Assembly (NCBI GenBank): GCA_051294375.1
Contig: CM119266.1
Coordinates: forward strand, 25,848,897 to 25,912,896
Reading direction: 5' to 3'
Source of the DNA: Paraspadella gotoi
Taxonomy: Eukaryota; Animalia; Chaetognatha
Length of the DNA stretch: 64,000 nucleotides
Below, one piece after another: positions 47,981 through 62,069 of this stretch (position 1 is its first letter; each line of letters opens with the position of its first letter). The position numbers were made by a program, and so were the translations under genes. The notes under the pieces are model-generated. The model saw only the letters and a list, made by a program, of their open reading frames with translations, was not told the origin of the DNA and did no database searches.

Positions 47981-50555
47981 TCGAGGCCACGAGACGCCAG
48001 ATGCGCCTCCGTCACCGCGATATCGACTCAAACCGGAAGAAGATTAGCGTCGGGAGAGGGCGGGGCGACGAGGGGTCGTTCGGGAGTAGGGAAAGAAAGA
48101 GGAGAAGGAGGCCTGATGACGTTGAGCGGGGAAACGAAAAAGGATTGAGTTTGTTTAGGAAGAAACGCAGCGGAAACATCGGGGGCTTTCAAATAGAAAT
48201 TCTAAGATTGCCTCGCGTGGCAGAACGTGGCAGAACGTGGCGAAACGTGGCGGAAGAGGGCAGAAACAGGCGAAACGGGGAATATCTTGGGAAAGCGTAG
48301 CAAAAATTTCGCAGAGAGTGTCGAGTAGCTCGCGAAAAACGCGAAAGAATCGAGACTAAAAGCCAAATATCCTAATTCCGTTGCCATGGAAACCAAAGAA
48401 AGATTTACTACAAGTTTGACTCTGATTGCAATCTTCAGAACTTGAGAAAAATAAAACAGTTCGTGAAATAAAGAATCCAAGCAAACAACTTGGCTTCCAA
48501 TAAAAGGATTACTAATAAATAAATAAATACTAATAACTGCCGGAGGTGTTTTTGCTTTAATTTACGACATTGAGGATTGTCAATGACAGTCAATGATACA
48601 ATCAATGATGCGGTATTGACTTAGTGCCAGTTAGTGGCATCCGAAGTTGCGTTGTGCGGCGATGAAAAGAAAAAGAAATGACTACTTGCACACACATAAA
48701 AAGAAATATAATACCTTTCATCAATACATCAAACGCGCGTTGTTCGTCACAAAAAAAAACCGATGTAACCGAACACACAAAGACACAGTTACAATTGAAA
48801 GGAAATGTAAAAATGGCGTCGAGGTCGAGAGAAGTCAAGACTCGAAGAAAAGAGATCGAATTCCGATCGCGGGTCAACGAATAAAGAACAAGAAAAAATA
48901 AAATACTACTCTATTTTCTATTTAAAGAGAGAGAGAGAGAGAAAAAAGGAAATATACAAAAAGAGAGAAAAAAAAAGAGAAGAAAAATCTACAAAATCGA
49001 GAGAGGGAGTTAAACAAATTCATTCTGATGTCAAATTCGCGCCCTCTCACATTTTTCTTCGTGTCCCAACATCCTCCTTTATTAAAATGACAATCCGATA
49101 CACAAAACCCATTTCCTTCAATTCCGGATTCGTTCTCTAACGACGCGAAGAATTTAAACTCTTTTTTTTTATAGATATCAAGAAGACCTTGAGATGTCAA
49201 TTGTCTCTGTTTACTTACCAAAAACTCATTCTCTCCCCAATCAACTGAGAACTTGGACCTCCTTTGCCTTTGCCCATTCCTTCCGCCATCCCCCCCCCGC
49301 CCCTCAAACCGGCGCAAATATCCGGCGGCCGGTTCTTCGAGTTGAATCCCATGAGGATCTCGAGGTCGTGCGTCTCGGCGCGCGCCATCTTGAGGTCGTG
49401 ACGAAGATCGTTGACCTCCTTGATCAAGAGGACGTTCTGGTGCATGATGCGCACGTTGTCCGCCTTCTGCATCTTCGAGTCTTTGGCCAATTTGCGGGAC
49501 CTCACCGCCATGGTGCTAGAGAATGGGGACGAATAGCGAAAAGTCTCGGTATAAACTAAAATTACAAGTTTGCTGCGTTTTACTATCTCATAAGAGACAC
49601 GAAGGCCTCGCCCTACCATGAAGTAACTAAGTATGGAACACGAAGAGAAAAAAATATTCAACATTAACGAAAACTGTGACTGAGAATTAAAATTCTTCGT
49701 GATTAATTTTCCGATCGACGGATAAGCCCTTCGATTTTCATTCCACAATAGCGATTATCCAATATCCATACGGTTTCCCTCTCGCGATTTCTCCCACGAT
49801 AGCTGGATTGAAAAAGCTTGATCGTAAAAAGCTTGATGGCCTCACTTCCAAATGCTTCCGCTGCCGTTGAAACTCGGCCAAGAGGACGTCGCCCCTGCGT
49901 CTTCCCGCCGCCCATGTCTACGACGTCCTCGCAGTATTTGTTGTGAAGGGCGCGGACTGAGGGCGGGGGATAGGGGAGCGGGTTTAGCGTTGAGGGTTCC
50001 GGTGAAGATTGAGAAAAGAAAGTCAACCAGAAATGAGCGATTTTTTTGCATCTCGAGTCATTCTCATGTTCTGCCTTTGTATGCCTTTCTCTCGAAGTTT
50101 CTGCATTGTCTTTTCGTATTTAAACTATTAACGTCTCATTTAAACCTATATAATCTCAATTCGATTCATTTTTTCTCATTTCATCTTATGTCATTATATC
50201 TCATAAGAAATAATTACGTTTTGCTACATCTTATTTTATTTTGATTAATTCTATTTTAATTCTTTTTTTATATAATTTCATTTCATCTCATCTATTTTCA
50301 TTTCATATATATCGTATCATTTTATATCATATCATATCGTATCATATCCTTTTATATTATCTCATCTCACCCCCTTTCCCTCCATCTCATCTTCCTCGTC
50401 AACTAGTCTCATCTAATTCTTACTCGGAAGCTCGAATCTCTTCTTCGGTCCGACGACCTCGATTGCGGAGGAGAAGGAATCAAAACAAAACAAGAGGGAA
50501 ACAAAGCTAACAAACAAACTAAAATAAGAAATCGGGAGCGGGAGAGAGAGAAAGA

Positions 50556-50607
<52 letters not shown>

Positions 50608-51552
50608 AGAGAAGAAGAGAGAGAGAGAGAGAGAGAGAGAAGAGCCCGACTGACAAAATGCGGCCTTATTTATTTATTCCGTCAACCGCCTAACACTCCC
50701 TACTTCACCATTCCCCGATAGGGCCAATACCCATCCTTCGCTTCCCCCACAGCTGTGCAATTGCACTACCCATTTTGTAGGCGCCACTCTCCCAACCACT
50801 CTCCCCACCACTCTCCCCAACCACTCTCCAACCCCCATCCTCCGCAAACCCGAGTCCTTGAGTTCCTTCGAGTCTTGAATGAGTCCCGACGTTTTGTAAA
50901 TGTCTTCCTTGATTCGTTTCAACATCGTGTGTTTCTCACGCAGCTTGGCGTTGCATCGGTCCATCTGCGGCCCGAAAACAAAAACAAAAGATACAACGAA
51001 AAAAAAAAACCAAAATAAAACAAGAGACGAGGTAAACGAATTTCCTGAGAATTATTTCGTCGAGAAGAGAGTGATAAAAAAGTTTGTCGACGAGAAAATT
51101 AATTAATCGCTTTCGCGCGCAGAGAGTAAGTGCTCATTTCTCTTTCTCATCCACTTACCGGACCCTTTTTTCCTCACCTCCCTGTCCTTGGTGCCCACGT
51201 TCTGCCGCATGGACTTGATGTTGAGGCTGAGCAGACGATTCTGGAGGCTGATCTGTCCCAGTTCTCCCTCCATGTCCTCGATCTCTTTGTTCTTCATCTT
51301 TATCTCTCTCTCTTTCGGTTCGATCTGCTTCTTCAACTCTTTGATCTTGTAATCCAACACAAACTTGAATTTCTCCAACTCTTGGGTTTTGCTCTTCAGA
51401 TCGTAGATTCTGAAAAAAAAAGACAGAGAGAGAGAGAGGGAGAGAGAGAGAGATTTGTAGCATTGACTGCGTGAGATGAAGAAGTTCTCACGGTTATTCG
51501 ATTTGAATAAAAAGGTAATTCCTTCTTTCCCTCCCTTTTGTTTCATTCCTTT

Positions 51553-51586
<34 letters not shown>

Positions 51587-51771
51587 ACTCCTTTCGTTCT
51601 ATCGTTCTCTCCTTTGCCTTTATCTATCTTTCTCTCCTCTCCTTTTTTTCTCTATCCTTTTTTCATTACTCTTTCTTTTTAAATTTCTTCTTTTTCTTTT
51701 TTTTTATCCCTTCATCCTCCCTAAGTTCCCTGGCGAGTGACGGATGATCGGTATAACGACGAAAAAAAAGT

Positions 51772-51802
<31 letters not shown>

Positions 51803-52570
51803 AGAAGAGAGAGAGAAGAGAGAGAGAGAGGGAGAGAGAGAGAGAGAGAGAGCAGTAGGACGCTCTCTATTCTTCTGTAGCGATCTACAGTTTGTTACTG
51901 TTATCTCCCGGGTGATAAAAACTTCGTAAGATCACAACTTAGTGTCACGTACAGCAGCTAACGAATCAGCATACGGAAAAAACATCACCAAGATCGACCC
52001 CCTGAGTGAGAGGATTCACGATATAAACATCACAGGTTTTCCTTTGCCCAAGCGCATGATACAATCCACTATTCTACTAAGAAAAATCTCTGACACAGTG
52101 GCCATCTACGGGATGCGGACGCCAGCTCGACGAAAGGGATGATAAAAAATCCATTGTGGCCATTTGGCTCGCGACGCTATTGTCTTTCGCGGGATAATGA
52201 CAAGGGCGTCTTTTCGCGCGGAACGATCGAAGAGGGTAGGGGGGCGTTGGCTAGAGGAGACCGGAAGAGCAGGGGGGGGAAGTTAGCGAACTTTTAAAAG
52301 ATACGTGTTACTCTGGGATTTTAACGGTAACGGCGCTTGTGATATAGCGCTGCATTATCACCGGAGTAGCGAGGTTTGTGCATACGCTTCTTAAAGTCTT
52401 TCGGACGGGAGGGGACTTTCTGAAGCAATCAAGACCGACGACGACGACGACAGAGCGACGACAACTACGAACGGTAAACCTTAGCTACTAGCGTCGAGGG
52501 AATCCTAAAGCATAGCTTTATCGCCCGTCGATTCGCAACGAGAGAAAAGAGAAAATGATATCTGGTTGGT

Positions 52571-52647
<77 letters not shown>

Positions 52648-53587
52648 GCTGCCAGCGCCCGAGCCTTTCGTAGTTCGTGAATACTTAATCCGTTCGTTTA
52701 TCTCCTTATCACTTGTTCTCTCTCCCTCTCTTTCTTCGCCCCGAGGTTTTCTTAACTTATTCATTTCCCCGTTAAACAATTTGATCATCCTTCTTTGTTA
52801 TCGCTCGATTCTTATGCCTCTCCTCGCGTCTCTTATTACGGTTCCAGGCCTCGAACGATGGACTTTGGGTGGCTGTTAACAATTACGGATTTTTCTTATT
52901 AGGTAAAATTAGATGTATCATCTTGTCTAGTCTATCTTCATAATGTAATATTAATAATGATAAACTTAGAAGTAGATCATATTTTATTCCAACATTTTAT
53001 TCGTCTAAAATCACAGCAACACTATATAATATCCTTTAATCAATCCAATTAACCCTCTCTCTGCATTAACCATTCTTTAAACCTCGACGCCATTCTCCGT
53101 CTAAACTGCCGATCCTCTCCCCATTTTTCTAACCTCATCTCTTTCCACCTCTTAACCCTTTCCTTCGATAAACCGTCGATGGTTCGAGATTGCCAATTTT
53201 CTTAACTGCGAAAACTTCGCCCAGACTTTCGATCTCATCGTTACACGATCATCCAGATCAATTTCTGACCGGAGTTGTTATCTCCCTTCCTTTCGTTCCT
53301 TTCCTTTCACCGTTCGTGCTCTTCGTTCCTCCTTCGTTCTCTTTGTTCACCGTCCTCGTTCACCTTCCATCTTCCCCTCGCTCCGGTCACAGAGGATTCC
53401 TCACTTTATCTCCTTATCACAGCAGGTTATCCTCTCGCTTCACAGAAACTCTTCAGTCGCTTTTATTTAACCATTGATCGTCCAACCGTTTTATTCGTCT
53501 TTCGTCATTCGCCCTTCGTCGTTCTCACTTCGTCGTTCGCAATTCGTCGGCGCGTATTGTCAAGATGTCACTGAAACGACGATAATC

Positions 53588-53661
<74 letters not shown>

Positions 53662-54194
53662 ATTCTTCTCTCCTTTCTTCAATGTACTCCGTAATGAGGA
53701 GAAGTCGTTTTCCGTCTCCCAAATGTAGCCGCTTTTCTCAACGATCTCTCTCTCAACGTAAAGACGAAGAATGAAGAAATTTTAATTTCAAAAGGCGAAG
53801 AAAGAAAATTGCTGGTTCACCTTCATCGTTCACCATTCACCATCACGCATTCACACTTTATCATTCACAGACTACTTATTTATAACTCAGTTTTACCCTT
53901 GATCATAACTTTATTCCTTCATACTATGAAATCATTTCACTACTCCATCAAGCAATGCATCACCAATTAGCACACATCACAATTGCGACTTAATACTACA
54001 ATTAGTCGACACAATACCGACGCTATTCTATTTACTTTCGACCGACATTATCGTTAGCTCCGTTGTCTTCGTTGTCTTCGTTGTTCGACCTCTTTAATGC
54101 TTTTCTCTTTCACTCAGTTTAAAGCTCTTTCTCTACTTTGCCGCCACGATATATATAAATAGGCCTACGAATATGTGAATTTTGTGTCTCTCTG

Positions 54195-54245
<51 letters not shown>

Positions 54246-55591
54246 CTTCTCTCTCTCTCTCTCTCTCTCTCTCTTCTTCGCATTGCTCTTTCTCTACTTC
54301 TCCGTAGCGAGCGCTCAAATTCATATTTTTTCTGTCTTTTTTAATTGCCTCCCTTATTGTCCCATCACCCACCCATCACCCCCACCCCATCCACCATCAA
54401 ATCCATTCTAACTGTTCTCTTTTGTCCTGAATGGTATCGTCTCTCTCGCTGATTTCCTTCTCCAATTCCTCGATGTCTTTCTCGCAACTGACGAATTCCT
54501 TTGAGGCTTCGATTGTTTTCGATCTTCAGTTGACGAATTTCTTCGTTTCTGTCTTCGATCTCCTTCGAGACGTTCGTGAACTTCTTCTGCGTTTTTTTTT
54601 TAAAGGAAAGAATTTTCGTCGTCTTTTGTCGGCAGTCGTCGTTGTTGTCAATTGATTACATACACTCGTTCAACTCTTAATTACTGCATTTCTTGAGTGA
54701 TAATAAAATGTTTCGTCCATTTTTACCCCCGTCTGTATCATCCGTCAATTCTTCCCTCCGTCCGTCCGTCTGTCTCTCGTTCGTACGTAATATCGTCCCG
54801 GAGAACCCCTTCGTCGATCCGTCCATCCATCCCTACATTAGAGCGTTGAAAAATACAAAAATATACAAATCAAGTGAAAGGTACATAGCATTTTAGTGTA
54901 ATGTAGTCTGTAGAATTCGACGGTGATGACCAGTTTTTTTTGTATAATTTTATCTTTCTGATCGGAAATGGCGGTTTTTATGTTTATAAATTGTTAATAA
55001 AATAGCAAAACCATTATAAGTTAATGCATAAATCAAAATTATTATAACACTTTTAAAAAATTATATGAGCTTTTGAATTAAAATAGAAGACTTATAGAAA
55101 ATATTTGGTAAGTTTATTTTTAAATGTATGTTTTATAAAAAAGTTAGGTGTAACTATATTTATTAATAATTATGAGTTAAAAATTGGCTTAAAAGTAAAA
55201 ATAATAATTTCAAAATTTTTTCATGGATTTGCATTCTTTGGAAAAAGTTGATATAAGAAAATATATATTTTATATCATTTGTGGTTTTCTTTTTTCCTTT
55301 TGTTTCGTTGTGAATTTGATTTAAGAACAAAGTTTTGAAGAGAAGTTTAACAACGATTTTTATTTCATAGTGAAACGGACATGTTTCGACTCACATACGA
55401 GTCTTCTTCAGCGCCAAAATTTCAATTTGATGAAATTTTGAAGAGAATTTTGTGCAAAAGAAAGAGAGAGAAGAGAGAGAGACACGAGCAGTTTCCAAAC
55501 ACGAGTTTGAGAGAAGGATAAGTGGTTTTCAGTTTATTATTCGGGCACAGGTGAAGGTGAGGACAGAGATAGTTTGTGAAAAGAAAATTGA

Positions 55592-55622
<31 letters not shown>

Positions 55623-58600
55623 CAGTGCCTAAAATATATTACATTATGAAATGTACAACAATGTTAATAATTGGTAGAAACTTTAAATAATGAATAATAT
55701 TCAACCAATTAGCTACATAATAAATTAGTGAAATGAAAATAGAATGTTCAGAAATGTGACAAAAATATTTAATTGTTAGTGAGGGATAGTAAGTAAATTA
55801 GGAAAAGGGAAATTTCAAGTAATAAGAAAGAGCTCAAAAATGAGCTGGCCCCCCTGGTATGAAAAAATGAAAGGCTAGATTGATAAGGTCGGGTCATTGG
55901 TGTGTCATTGGCTAGAGGAACAGGTTGGTGAAGCCTACTAGTGGCAGAGCCTGGGAAGACTTCCTTGCGGGAAGAAAACCAAAGGCTACTCGGATGTCTC
56001 TCTGGCTGGTACGACCCTGCCGACTGCCCTCTTCTTGCCTGCGGCGAGGTGGGCGCATGTCCATTCTTGCCACTTTCGCGAACAGGAGTGGTGGCCTCCC
56101 CCTTCCTACCTGCAGCCGTCCTTTGGGCGGCGCTCAGTCCACAAACTATCTCTGTCCTCACCTTCACCTGTCCCTAATAAAAAACTGAACACTATTCCTT
56201 TCTCTCAACTCTGTGTTGGACTTTGCTCTGTCTCCTCTCTCTCTCTCTCTCTTTCTTTATGCACAAAATTCTCTTCAAATCACAAAATTGAATTTGGCGC
56301 TGAAGAAGAACTCGTAATTGAGTCGAAACATGTCCGTTTCACTAGAAAATAAAAATCGTTGTTAAAATCTCTCTCAAAACTTTGTTCTAAATTTTATATT
56401 CAAAATTATGTCATTAAGTGTCAAAAGTCAGAAAACTATAATTTTAAGCCAAAAATTGAAAATTAAACAAAAATAATTGTTTTTAATATTTTAAACCCTA
56501 CTTAATGAAAGATTTTTTTAAAATGGATTAATAACTTCTCATATACTAACTTTTTGTAAGGAATTCAAATCCGGTTTTAAAATTTAAAAATTTTTTATTT
56601 TTTCACTTTACTTATTTTTTTATTATTCTTTATTAAAAATATAGCTAACAAACTATTAATAAAAATATAAAATTTTGTAAATAAACTTACCAAAATATTT
56701 ATATGGGTCTTTATTTTCATAATTAATGTAAGGTTAAATATGGCTTTTAATAAAATCTTAATATATTTGAGTTTCTTATACTCTACAATGTTTGCTCCAT
56801 TTTAATAGCACCTTTATATGCTGCAAAAATCGCCATTTCCGACAAAGAAGATGAGACTATACAAAAAAATGGTTATCATCAATCGAATTCTACAGACTTT
56901 ATTACACTAAAATAGCTATGTACTTCACTTGATTTGTTATATTTTTCGTATTTTTTCACGCCCTACCCTACATCCATCCCCATCGCCCTCGTTCCGGCGA
57001 CCTGATGAGCCCGCTTTCGGCCTTCAACCGGAAATTGGGCGTCTCTCCTCTCTCTTGAGGATCGGTCTCGTATTTGTAACTTAAGATCCAGGTATCTCCT
57101 TGTCGCAGTCTTCCTCGATCTGAATGCTTCGTCTCCTCGAACTCTTTCACCTGAATCCGGCCCGCGTTGGCGGTGTGGCGGTTGTTGTTGTTTTGTAGTT
57201 GTAAGTTGTTGGGATTATTTTTTTTTTCTGTTTTAGTTAATTTTTAATTTCTATTTTTTACTCTTTTTTTTCGTATTTCGTTGTTTGTTTTTTTTTGTTT
57301 GTTTGTTTTTTTTACTTATTATTATTTAATAGATATTGAAACAATACTCAAAAAGAACAATAACATTCTACTATGCAGTCTTTACTTTTTGGAATAATTA
57401 ATTGACAAGACAATATCTAGATAAATATTTACACACACAAACACACCCAAACATACGAAACACATATATGGACAAAAGACCCACAGAAGACTCACTATCA
57501 CACACTCTAAAATAAAATAACATTTTGTTTCATATCCCCAAGAGCCACACTTTCTCTCACAACCCTGATTAGCCTCCACTCCAGACCTGCAGGCGGTCTC
57601 GCTCGAAGGCCGCGTCCAATTTGTTACTACTCTCAGTTCCTCGATCTTAATCTCATAGAATTCCTCGAGGCGTCCGAGCTTATTCCGCCGCCCATCCTTT
57701 GCCAGTCCGCCAAACGGCCTGCAGGTGGGCCGAGTCGTCCGCGTTCACCGCATTCTCCAGCTCGTGGACGCGCTCGTACTCCTGGGAAGTGGTCGTTGGG
57801 TGGAGGGGTGAAAAGGTAGGGGTGGCTAGAAGTGTGAACAACTGAACAAGTGATTCCAGCTAGTGAAAGGGGTGAAGTTTGGTCATTGAAGAGAGTTAAA
57901 ACTCAACCTATTCTATGTTCAAAGAAACCACATTGGTGTTTTTTTTTTATTGAGTTGTTGTTATTGGTTTGTTTGGTAACAACTCTGTCCCACGTTTCTA
58001 ACCAGCTTTATGAACCAACTCAAACACGTGACAAATTACAAAAGAGAGAGATAATCACCCTAAATTACAAATTATTATCATATAGCTAAGAGCAGCAATT
58101 TAATGAGAGAGTACTATTTTTAGTAGGGCTTACATCTCAGGCTACTGGTTTGAAACTAAGTAAAGGAGAATTAATTAAAAAACGGAAAAAAGAAATCATT
58201 TCAAAGATTTCACCCCCTCGGCATTGCGTCTGAAATCTTCGCGCCGCAGTACTAATTTAACGTCCGGCGCAAGAGAGTCTGCCACGGCTGCCGAGTGCCG
58301 AGCTGATGGACACCCGCAAATCATGCCACCTCTATTACATTTTGCTTGTCGTTGTTGTTGTTATTGTGGTTTTCGTCCACAAAATGGCGAGATGGAGGAC
58401 CCGCGCCTGATCAGAAGGTCAAAGAAAGGCCGGGGAGACATGCGACGGCTCAAAGTGGAGACTATCGCAACTACTACAACCGCGAGGCTCTCATATCCAG
58501 CCCCCCACCCCCAATAAAAAAAGGAAGCAACGGTGACTGAAAAAAAAAACGCGGTCGCTTCGTCGACTGAGGTTGTTAGGGTAAGTCGAGTGGGGAGAAC

Positions 58601-60043
58601 GACCCTGAGGTCACGGGTCAATCGCCCGACGCGAACAAGAGGGGAAGGAAGGTGTCTGGAGGCCTTCGACATAACATCAACCCAATGCCGACTGCCGAAA
58701 GGCGATGGTGGATAGTGCGGTGGTAGGGGGTATTGGGGCGCCGTCAAAGGCCTAAGCGAGTCGCCGCTAATACGTGACATTAGTTCGGCCGACGGAGTCC
58801 TTGGGATTGACAAGAGGCCGTCTTTTGAACGGAGGCTAAAACGATGAAAAAACAGACATGTTAAAAGTTCTCTTTTGGTTTAACCGTTTTGTTTTACCGC
58901 AGTCCCATTCCAAGCATCGCGTATTTGTATGCGCATTTTATAATAATAATCTGCATAAAAACCAAAGCGACAACTTTGTTTTTAACCCTTTCGCCCCACC
59001 CCCCCCCAGTCTCTCCATAAAGGGAATTCGGAGACGAAGTAATTGGTTATTGGGCTCTCCTATAATTCGCAATTGGAGCCAAGAGGCCAGGGACCAAAAG
59101 GCTCGGACGCGGAGACGGCGCGGCGGCGGCGGCGGGCGTCGTCGTCTGTGGCGGCGGCCTTCGTCCCCGCAAACCTCGTGGCCTTCGGGAAAGCGATCGC
59201 TCGCCAAGTGCTTTTAATCCTCTCAGTCAGCGGACTGTCGGCCGGCAGTAAGAACTGCGGGCGATTATTGGCCGTCGGTCCCGTCGTCGATGTCGTTGTT
59301 ATTGTACATGCGGTGTATCTTTTTTTGTAATATTCTAAATCATTGTTATCCTATAAATGTCATAACAAAAAAATCGTTCAGAGCCAAATCAAGATTTAGA
59401 TCTGAAATTTAATTTTTAAATCGACCGACAAAGTTTTGCGTAAGCGTAAGCGTAAGCGGATTTCTCCGCATCCTACTACCATTTACGAAATACAATTTCA
59501 CAATAACTGATCGAGTCGAAGCCACAACATTTCCTTACCCTTATTTAACTTCCCTCGTCTGCGGTTTGCACTCGTCCATCTGGACGCAATAAAATCGTCC
59601 ATCGTTTCCTTGCAGATTGTCGTCCTCGGCTTATAATGGCGTCCGTTTTGTTTTTTCCGTGGCGAAGGACTCGCACCTTGATTTATTGATTTTAATGAAT
59701 GTAGTGATGTATTGATGTATATGATTTTGATTGAATGGTTATTAATTTTTTTTTTTAATCCAAGCTCATCAGTTTAGAACATATTATTCATCCTTCACAT
59801 TATTTATGGGTTTTATTCATGCAATTAATTTTAATAATTGAAAAATATCTATGATTCTTTAATTTGTTTGTCATTTATCAGTGATTATTATTTTTCAAGC
59901 TTTAAAAAACCTTAGACTACCTGTCCTTCAATGATCGCACTACTGCAAGAATTTCTCGTCAATTCCTTGATCCTTGTTCCTCCGAGTAGTAAGACGTCCT
60001 TCATCCGCCAGAGCTGGAAAATCCGCGATCCACGCCGCTGTCT
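46437..60043 (-). CDS. CFAP57: Cilia- and flagella-associated protein 57 (WDR65), C-terminal coiled-coil exons; several exons carry indels
   Basis: Recognised motifs: IYDLKSKTQELEKFKFVLDYKIKELKKQIEPKE (51409-51178), KFTNVSKEIEDR..ISERDDTIQDK (54586-54412), VKEFEETK..IEEDCDKE..NFRLKAESGLIR (57150-57002), EYERVHELE..LEEFYE (57781-57587), FQL.MKD...IKELT (60043-59921), MLKRIKEDI..IQDSKELK (50964-50850), EFQRQRKHLE (49956-49846), RIMHQNVLLIKEVNDLR (49515-49310), QQAEIRRLRDEL (47218-47052); last exon 46982-46437. Confidence 0.93.
54839..56965. mobile_element. Non-autonomous hAT-type DNA transposon with long foldback arms, in a CFAP57 intron
   Basis: 8-bp TSD CCCTACAT at 54831-54838 and 56966-56973; termini TAGAGCGTTGAAAAATAC... 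and ...GTATTTTTTCACGCCCTA; imperfect inverted arms ~54839-55578 vs ~56140-56965; no transposase ORF. Confidence 0.85.
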
Positions 60044-60068
60044 NNNNNNNNNNNNNNNNNNNNNNNNN

Positions 60069-60887
60069 TCTACGATCTGAAGAGCTAAACCCAAGAGGTT
60101 GGAGGAAATTCAAAGTTTGCTGTTGGATTACAAGATCAAAGTGTTGTAAGAAAGCAGAATCGAAACCGAAAGAGAGAGAGAATAAGAGATAGAAGAACAA
60201 AAGAGGATCGAGGACAATGGAGGAAACTGAGCGACAGATCAGCCTCCAGAATCGTCTGCTCACCTCACATCAATGCCATGCGGCAACGTGGGCCACAAGG
60301 ACAGGGGACGAGGAAAAAATATTCTTGTAGGTTAAACCTTATAATGTTGACCTCGTTTGTAAGCGGTAGTTAGGATGAGAAAGAGAAATGAGCACTTACC
60401 TCTCTGCGCGCGAAAGCCGATTAATTAATTCTCGTCGACAAACTTTTTTATCACTCTCCGTTCTCGACGAAATTATTCTGCAGGAAAATTCGTTTGACCT
60501 CTTCTTTGTTTTGTTTTGGTTTTTTTTTTTCGGTTGTATCTTTTTGTTTTTGTTTTTCGGGCGCCGCGATGACCGATGCAACGCCAGCTGCGTGAGAAAC
60601 ACACGATCGTTGAAACGAATCAAGGATAGACATTTACAAAAACGTCGGGGACTTCCATTCAAGACTCGAAGGAACTCAAGGACTCGTTTGGAGGAGGGGT
60701 GGAGAGTGGTTGGGAAGAGTGGTTGGGAGAGTGCGCTACAAAAATGGCAGGTAGTGCAATATAAGCACAGCTGTGGGGAAGCGAAGGATGGGTAATTGGC
60801 CTATCGGGGAATGGTGAAGTTAGGGAGTGTTAGGCGGTGACGGAATAATAAATAAGGCCGCATTTTGTCGTCGGCTCTTCTCATCTC

Positions 60888-60890
<3 letters not shown>
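60069..60890 (+). repeat. Inverted, indel-rich copy of ~50640-51407 (two CFAP57 exons plus introns)
   Basis: TCTACGATCTGAAGAG..GGATTACAAGATCAAAG.. and GACCGATGCAACGCC..GGAACTCAAGGACTCG are reverse complements of the 51.4-50.6 kb region; begins right after a 25-N gap. Confidence 0.9.
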
Positions 60891-60969
<79 letters not shown>

Positions 60970-60976
<7 letters not shown>

Positions 60977-61171
60977 TCCTTTCGTTCTATCGTTCTCCCT
61001 CCTTTGGCCTTTATCTATCTTTCTCTCCTCTCCTTTTTTCTCTATCCTTTTTTCTATTACTCTTTCTTTTTAAATTTCTTCTTTTTCTTTTTTTTTTTTA
61101 TCCCTTCATCCCCCTAAGTTCCCTGGCGAGTGACGGATGATCGATAATCGAAGACGAAAAAAAGAGAAGAA

Positions 61172-61251
<80 letters not shown>

Positions 61252-61991
61252 AGAGGACGCTCTATTCTTCTGTAGCGATCTACAGTTTGTTACTGTTATC
61301 TCCCGGGTGATAAAAACTTCGTAAGATCACAACTTAGTGTCACGTACAGCAGCTAACGAATCAAGCATACGGAAAAAACATCACCAAGATCGACCCCCTG
61401 AGTGAGAGGATTCACGATATAAACATCACAGGTTTTCCTTTCGCCCAACGCGCATGATACATCCACTATTCTACTAAGAAAAATCTCTGACACAGTGCGC
61501 CATCTACGGGATCGGACGCCAGCTCGACGAAAGGGATGATAAAAAATCCATTGTGGCCATTTGGCTCGCGACGCTATTGTCTTTCGCCGGGATAATGACA
61601 AGGGCGTCTTTTCGCGCGGAACGATCGAAGAGGGTAGGGGGGCGTTGGCTAGAGGAACCGGGAAGAGCAGGGGGGGGAAGTTAGCGAACTTTTAAAAGAT
61701 ACGTGTTACTCTGGGATTTTAACGGTAACGGCGCTTGTGATATAGCGCTGCATTATCACCGGAGTAGCGAGGTTTGTGCATACGCTTCTTAAAGTCTTTT
61801 CACCGGACGGGAGGGGACTTTCTGAAACATGAAAGCACAACGACGACGACGACGACAAGAGACGACGACGACAACTACGAACGGGTAAACCTTAGCTACT
61901 GCGTCGAGGGAATCCTAAAGCAATAGCTTTATCGCCCGTCGATTCGCAACGAGAGAAAGAGAAAATTTATCGGTGGTGTTGGCAAAGAAGG

Positions 61992-62069
<78 letters not shown>

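Noticed and set aside
48215-48255. Short tandem CGTGGCAGAA repeats (also CCACTCTCCC units at ~50785-50830) as CRISPR-like arrays
   Set aside because: No unique spacers, eukaryotic intron context, no cas genes; ordinary minisatellites.
55769-56188. ORFs in the foldback element core as a transposase
   Set aside because: Short, with no DDE or BED-finger motifs.
46437-60043. CFAP57 as a pseudogene
   Set aside because: Frameshifts are single-base indels, mostly insertions, and are corrected in the duplicate copy; this fits long-read error.
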